Shown piece by piece: positions 36,123 to 41,454 of a stretch of 41,454 bases of DNA. Position 1 is the stretch's first letter, and each line of letters opens with the position of its first letter. The notes below the pieces were generated by a model. The model worked only from the letters and a program-made list of their open reading frames with translations, was not told where the DNA came from and did no database searches. Both the position numbers and the translations under genes were made by a program. Origin of the DNA: Chthoniobacteraceae bacterium (GTDB lineage: Bacteria > Verrucomicrobiota > Verrucomicrobiia > Chthoniobacterales > Chthoniobacteraceae); contig JANNWY010000149.1 of NCBI GenBank assembly GCA_031409335.1, forward strand, positions 1 through 41,454, written 5' to 3'.

Positions 36123-38655
36123 CTAGCACGCCGCACCCACCACCACCACCCGAAAACCGAAATCGACGACACGGTTGCCGGGAAGACCGTCGAAGCGACA
36201 CGAAGCGCGGAAGATTGACGGGAGAGCTGAGGCCCCACGACCCGCCACGAACCACGCCGGCCTTGTCGCTCTCGGGGTTCTCATCCGGCTGGTAGTCGCG
36301 GTAGTTGTCGGTCCAGCGCGTGGAGCACCACTCCCACACATTGCCCGCCATGTCCTCCGCGCCACACTCCGCTTTCCCAGCGGGGAAGAGCCCGACTGCG
36401 GAGGTGTGGCCGATGCCGACTTCATGCCAGTTTGCCTGGTCCTTGAGGGCTGCCTTGCCCCACGGATATTCCCGCGCATCGGTATGCCGGGCGGCGCGTT
36501 CCCACTGCGGCTCGCTGGGCAGAGCGATGCGGTCACTATCGCGCAAGCCGAGGGCGACGCGCTGCGTGTGCAGCCATGCGGCAAAGGCAGTGGCCTCGTA
36601 CCACGAGACGCCGACGCGGGGATGGTTCGGCGTCTGGAAAATGCGGTCGAATCGCTCCGGGCCGGTGATGCGTTCCGCGCGCAGCCAGCGCCAGCCCGCC
36701 TTCGTCCACAGCGCCTCAGCCTCATACCCGCCCGCCGCCATAAACGCGGCATATTGCTCCACGGTGATGGGGTATCGCGAAATGCGGTAGTCCTCGCGGA
36801 TGTCGAAAAGGATGCGCGGTTTTTCATCGTCGTAGGGGGCCGTGTCATTGCCCATCGGGAACTTTCCGGCAGCGACTTTGCACCACTCGATGGCCGGCAG
36901 CTCCAGTTTGGCGACGGTGGTGCAGCCCACGCCCGGACGGTCGTCGCCGAGGATGCCGATGCCAGCGGCGGCTAGGGCGCGCTGCTTCGCCGGGGCGGCG
37001 CTGTCGCGGATGCCGAGCAGCTTGGTGCGCAAGTCGGCGATGGTGCGCTTGGAAGTGGGGACATCTTCATCATCCCAAGTGGCGATGCGGGCATCGCGGG
37101 CAATCTCCGCAGCGAGCAGGTCGTCTCCTTTCGCCATGAGCGCGGCGATGAGGGCGAGTACGTGGTGCTGCATATTCTTCCGCGCATGGGCCTGCACGCC
37201 CGCCGCCCAGAGCACTGTCTTGCGGGCGTAGTCGCCCTGCTTTTCCAGCGTCTCGATGACGCGCTTGGGGAAAGTTTTCCCCTCCGCGAGCGCATCGTTC
37301 GTGAGGTGGCATCCGGCGAGAAATTCCTCGAAGCGGTAGTGAAACTCCAGCGCCTCGCTATCGCGGGATTGCAGGATGCCCGCGCGGTCGCGCAGCGCGG
37401 CGATGAGGGCGGCGCGGTCGTCGTCCGTCCACTTCGGGTCGAGGCGCAGGCGGTTTTCCAAGAGGTCTATATCGACGGGGAGCGACTTGCCGCCCTCGCG
37501 CTCCACGGTGGCGGTGCGCTCGCGGTGGAGGAAGGCGATCGTCTCCAGCCGGGAGCGGAGTTTCGCCGGGTCCGCGGCGATGGGGCGGGGCTGGGTGGGG
37601 TCGTCGGCTTTTCGCGAATCGCGGAGGATGCCATCCACGAGCTGGTCCATGAGCGCGGCCCCGGTATCCGGCAGGGGCTTTTCCAGCCGGTGAAGCTGGG
37701 CCATGACGGTGAGGAAAAAAGGATTGCCCGCCATGTCCTGCAAATCCTCGGAGGCGCGGATGGCTTTGCGCAGGGTGCGCTCGCATTGCTCCTGTTCGGC
37801 GTCGGTTTTCAGGAAGCCGCAGTCTTTGGATTCTTGGTACCAAGCCGCAATGAATCGCTGCTGGAGCGCATCCGAAAGAGGGATGAGCTGGTGCGGGTCG
37901 GGGAAGCCGGGAATGGGCATCCCGGTCTGCTCGTACGAGGCGATGCGGCAGGTGACGACGATGCGGGACTTTGCAAAGCCGCCCGTGGCAAACGAGCGGA
38001 TAGCCTCGCGGATGACGGGGAGGCGGAGTTGAGGGACTTCATCGAGGCCATCGAAAAAGACCACGGCGGCCCCGCGCTGGAGCAAGTCTTCGAGGTGCTG
38101 CTCGGCGGCGGTGTGGCAGGCTTTGGCGAGTTGCGCCTTGAGCCATGCGAGGACTTCCGCCGCCGTGCCTTTTGCCTCCGGCGCAAGGTCGCGCTCGAAG
38201 TGGCGGAGGACGATGCGAAAGGGCACCGGGCCTTTTTCCTCCCCCGCCAGCCGCAGCGCGACGTGCTGGACGAAGGTGCTCTTCCCCGAGCCAGGCTCGC
38301 CGGTGAAGACGGCCTTCTTTGCGTCCGGGAGAAAGAGCGCGTCCCACGCGGAGAGCGCGCGGCTTCCCACCTCCTTGCCCTTGTCGCCCGGCAGGTGGCT
38401 GCTCGTCTCCAGCGCGACATACACGACATCCAGCCCCGGCGCCCGCTGCCCGCGCTCCGCCGCGATGTTCAAGCCGACGACGTTCACGTTCTTGCACTGC
38501 TCGGCGAGCGACTTGCAGTAGCCCGCAAAGACGGCGCGCAACGCTTCATCGGAAGGCGGCAAGGTGGGCACGGTGCCGTAGTAGTGGTTGTGCTGCGTGC
38601 CGACCCGCTCGTTGATCTGCACGTTCTTGCCGGTGGCTTTGGGTTGCGATTTCAT
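36123..38655 (-). CDS. DGR target 2: NACHT/STAND NTPase + FGE-sulfatase (CLec-fold) protein, frameshifted inside VR2 as sequenced
   Basis: GEPGSGKST, FFDGLDEV, VTCR, GNPFFL and FEEFLAG; CLec motifs PRVGVSWYEA, LPSEPQWE, DMAGNVWEW and RGGSW. The proper ending [11 protein letters not shown] (36123) is in another frame, so as written the ORF runs to 36097. Confidence 0.88.
36129..36261 (-). repeat. DGR variable region VR2
   Basis: Matches TR with 20 substitutions, all at TR adenines, plus one extra T (aatcttccgc vs aatctccgc; position 36211/36212). Confidence 0.96.
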
Positions 38656-39043
38656 GGGCTCGGCGGGAGCGTGACACCAACCGCGCGGAGAGGGCAAACA
38701 CTTCACCCCGGAGCCGAAATGCGACAGCGCGAATCCTCCTCCTCGTCCTCGTCGCAGGAGCAGTAGGTTCACGGAGTTGAGAGTCGTCATTCATGGTGAT
38801 GAGGAAAGCGGAAGCCGTTTGGCATTACTTTTTGGCGCAGGCGAGGAGGGTCATCCGCTCGCAATTCAACTCGGCGACCGGCATGACCATCGGGTGCCCT
38901 TTGCGCGGCGTGTTTGGGAATTGCGGGCCGGGACCGGCGAAGAGACTGGTCTTTTCCCTACGCGCAGGCGGTCGAAGAAAATAACTGCGCAGTAAGCATC
39001 GCACCACCGTTCGCGTTATCAGCGTCGCCCTATTTATCCACCC

Positions 39044-39754
39044 ATGATTCCATCCGTATCCGAGATACACTCCGAATCCATGCGCGTCCTCCTCGCCGAA
39101 GATGAAAAGAAGATCGCCCTGCACATCCGCGCGGCTTTGCGCGAGCAGGGCTTCGCCGTGGACATGGTGCATCGCGGCGACGAGGCGCTGGAAGCCGCGT
39201 CGCAGACGCCGTACGATGCCATCGTTCTCGATGTGATGATGCCGGGCCGCGACGGCTTGAGCATCCTCCGCGTCCTGCGGGAAAAGCGCGTGGCCACGCC
39301 GGTGCTCATCGTGACGGCACGCGGCGAAGTCTCCGAGCGGGTCGAGGGGTTGATGCTCGGCGCGGACGATTATCTCGCGAAGCCATTCGCGATGAATGAG
39401 CTGGTCGCCCGCGTCGTCGCGCTGACCCGGCGCGGGAGCAGCCAGGGATTGACTCTCCTGCGCGTGGCGGATTTGACGATGAATCTCATCACCCGCGAAG
39501 TGCGGCGCGGCGCGGAAAAGATCGAACTGCCGCTGCGCGAATTCGCGCTGCTCGAATATCTGATGCGTTCGCCAGGGCGCGTGCTTTCCAAGACGCAGCT
39601 CATCGAAAACGTGTGGGAGTGGCACTTCGACACCGGCTCGAATGTGGTCGAAGTCTATATCAAGCGGCTGCGCAACAAGGTGGACGATGGCCACGCGGTG
39701 AAGCTCATCCACACCGTGCGCAGCGTCGGCTACGTGCTGAGAAAGGACGAATGA
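39044..39754 (+). CDS. OmpR-family two-component response regulator (intact copy)
   Basis: LLAEDE, LDVMMPG, GADDYLAKPF, LREFALLEYL, NVVEVYIKRLR and IHTVRSVGY motifs. Alternative start at 39080. Confidence 0.93.
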   Translation: MIPSVSEIHSESMRVLLAEDEKKIALHIRAALREQGFAVDMVHRGDEALEAASQTPYDAIVLDVMMPGRDGLSILRVLREKRVATPVLIVTARGEVSERVEGLMLGADDYLAKPFAMNELVARVVALTRRGSSQGLTLLRVADLTMNLITREVRRGAEKIELPLREFALLEYLMRSPGRVLSKTQLIENVWEWHFDTGSNVVEVYIKRLRNKVDDGHAVKLIHTVRSVGYVLRKDE

Positions 39755-41118
39755 AACGGCTGCCCTTCCGCCGCCGCCTCACCGTCTGGTCCACGCTCGT
39801 CGCGGCGGTCTCCATCGTCATTTGCGGGGCAGGCGCGGCGTGGTTCGTCCACGAGCGCGAGGTGGCGGAAATCGACGCGGAGCTGCGCGCGGAGAGCGCG
39901 CACTTTTTCACCGAGCTGGAAAACCACGGCGGCGCGAAATTCGAGTGGCGAAAAATCGGGAGCGAGATGCGCGAGTGGCTGCCGCTGCGCAATCCACCGC
40001 GCTTCATGGAAATCCGAACCGGCGCGGAAGTGCGCTGGCGCTCGGCGAATCTCCCGGCGCCCGGCTTTGCCGCGGAGACCGCGGGCCTGCGCGATTTTCA
40101 TCTCGGGAAAGAAGGGCTGCGGCTGCTCGCGGTGGAACAGGGCGGCGTCATTTTCGTCATCGCCGCCGATCTCGATCAGGCGATGGCGATGGCCGGCACG
40201 CTTGCGCTGGCCTTGCTTGCCGGGCTGCCGCTCGCGCTTGCCTTCGCGTGGTTTGGCGGACGCCGGCTCGCCGCGCTGGCCGTCGCGCCAGTCGAGGAAA
40301 TGACCGCCGCGACCGAGCGCGTGACCGCCGAACATCTCGATCAGCGCGTGCCCGTGCCACCCGTCGCGGATGAAATCCAGCGCCACGCCCGCGTGCTGAA
40401 TGCCACGCTCGACCGGCTCGAACTCAGTTACCAGCAGGCGCTGCGTTTCAGCGGGGACGCTTCGCACGAACTGAAGACGCCGCTCACCGTGCTCCGCTCC
40501 AGCATCGAGGCCGTGCTCGATTCGCCAACCCTCGGCGACGACGACCGCGCCGCGATCGGCAGCCTGCTGGAGCAGACCCGCCGCCTCACCAATATCACCA
40601 CGAGCCTGCTGCTCCTCGCCCGCGCCGACGCCGGACGCCTCACGCTCGATCTCGCCGAGCACGACCTCGCCGCGCTCACCGAAGCCTGCGCCGAAGACGC
40701 GCGCATCGTCGCGGAGGAGCGCGGCGTGCGGGTCGATTGCGCGCTGCCGCCCGCCGCGACCGCGCGCGTGGACCCGCTCCGCTTTGCCCAAATCGCGAGC
40801 AACCTTTTGGACAACGCCGTGAAATACAACCGCGCCGATGGCGAGGTGCGCGTGTCGCTGGCCGACGGCGGCGCAGCATGGCGGCTCGCCATCGCCAACA
40901 CCGGCGCGGGCATCGCCCCAGAGCATCGCGCGCGGCTCTTCGAGCGGTTCTTCCGCGCCGAGCACACCGCCGAGGAAAACGGCCAGGGTCTCGGCCTCAG
41001 CCTCGCCCGCGAACTCGCCCGGGCCCACGGCGGCGACATCGCGCTGGTGCGCAGCGAGGACGGTTGGACGGAGTTCGCCGTCACGCTGCCGAAGAACGGG
41101 ACCAACGGAGCGCACTGA
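39751..41118 (+). CDS. HAMP-domain sensor histidine kinase
   Basis: Two TM segments, HAMP, H-box ASHELKTPL, N-box NLLDNAVKY, FERFFR and GLGLSLA. ATGA overlap with the regulator. Confidence 0.93.
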   Translation: MKRLPFRRRLTVWSTLVAAVSIVICGAGAAWFVHEREVAEIDAELRAESAHFFTELENHGGAKFEWRKIGSEMREWLPLRNPPRFMEIRTGAEVRWRSANLPAPGFAAETAGLRDFHLGKEGLRLLAVEQGGVIFVIAADLDQAMAMAGTLALALLAGLPLALAFAWFGGRRLAALAVAPVEEMTAATERVTAEHLDQRVPVPPVADEIQRHARVLNATLDRLELSYQQALRFSGDASHELKTPLTVLRSSIEAVLDSPTLGDDDRAAIGSLLEQTRRLTNITTSLLLLARADAGRLTLDLAEHDLAALTEACAEDARIVAEERGVRVDCALPPAATARVDPLRFAQIASNLLDNAVKYNRADGEVRVSLADGGAAWRLAIANTGAGIAPEHRARLFERFFRAEHTAEENGQGLGLSLARELARAHGGDIALVRSEDGWTEFAVTLPKNGTNGAH

Positions 41119-41454
41119 GCAGCGCAGCCTTTCCAAAGCATGAAACGCATCATCGCCATCGCCGCTCTTGGCTTCGCGTAAGGTGAGTATCAGGTGAGTT
41201 TTTGAGCGATGCGTTTTCCGCCGCCCATCCGATTTATCCATAGGTCACGTCCACACTATTGGTCCGTCCCTTTATCTTCTCACGTCCCTTTATCTTCCTT
41301 TATCTTCCGTGAGAATGGCAGGTGCAGGAATCAGCACTTTGTGATGACGGGCAAAAGGGAGTCTCGTCGGCAGAGCGCGCGGGCAAGTAGGGCCGGCGCC
41401 CCGCCGGCCAAAGTTCCGCGGGCGCCCCGCCCGCAGGACGTTCTGCGGGCGGGG

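Larger units (their letters stand above)
31593..38655. mobile_element. Diversity-generating retroelement (DGR) with two target genes
   Basis: RT, Avd, TR and two VRs that differ from TR only at adenines (plus one 1-nt insertion in VR2). Confidence 0.97.

Noticed and set aside
38660..39040. Possible integrase remnant or att site at the right edge of the DGR island
   Set aside because: No recognisable recombinase motif, tRNA fragment or short direct repeat matching the left junction was found by eye.

Overview
A GC-rich bacterial chromosomal window, probably Verrucomicrobiota. That assignment is an inference from a TIGR02597-like gene beside a PEP-CTERM gene and from the porin and repeat styles. 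Positions 1-30 kb are mostly housekeeping and envelope genes: an Fe3+-type ABC transporter, an NHL lipoprotein, tgt, a PQQ-like propeller, an ATP-grasp/alpha-E fusion, a PEP-CTERM locus, gspF/gspG, two GT4 enzymes, the MetH N-terminal half, a D-2-hydroxyacid dehydrogenase, a P1B ATPase and a porin. This part also holds several palindromic REP-like elements and an sbcDC operon whose middle is replaced by rmuC plus a hypothetical gene. The highlight is an ~8.4 kb island (about 30.63-39.04 kb) between a decayed and an intact copy of the same OmpR-family regulator. It carries a complete diversity-generating retroelement (DGR): reverse transcriptase (RT), Avd and a 132-nt template repeat (TR). Two convergent NACHT/STAND-NTPase + FGE-sulfatase (CLec-fold) target genes flank the cassette. 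Their variable regions (VRs) differ from TR only at adenines (17 and 20 substitutions), and VR2 also has a 1-nt frameshifting insertion. avd is inverted relative to TR and RT, and the cassette is bracketed by ~250-bp inverted repeats. Neither NLR-like receptor has an effector domain. Each begins with a short beta-prone motif resembling the C-terminal tail of an adjacent stand-alone SMEK-like protein. This suggests, as inference, a hypermutating NLR-type immune system that signals in trans, possibly through amyloid-like motifs, to a nuclease-type effector.
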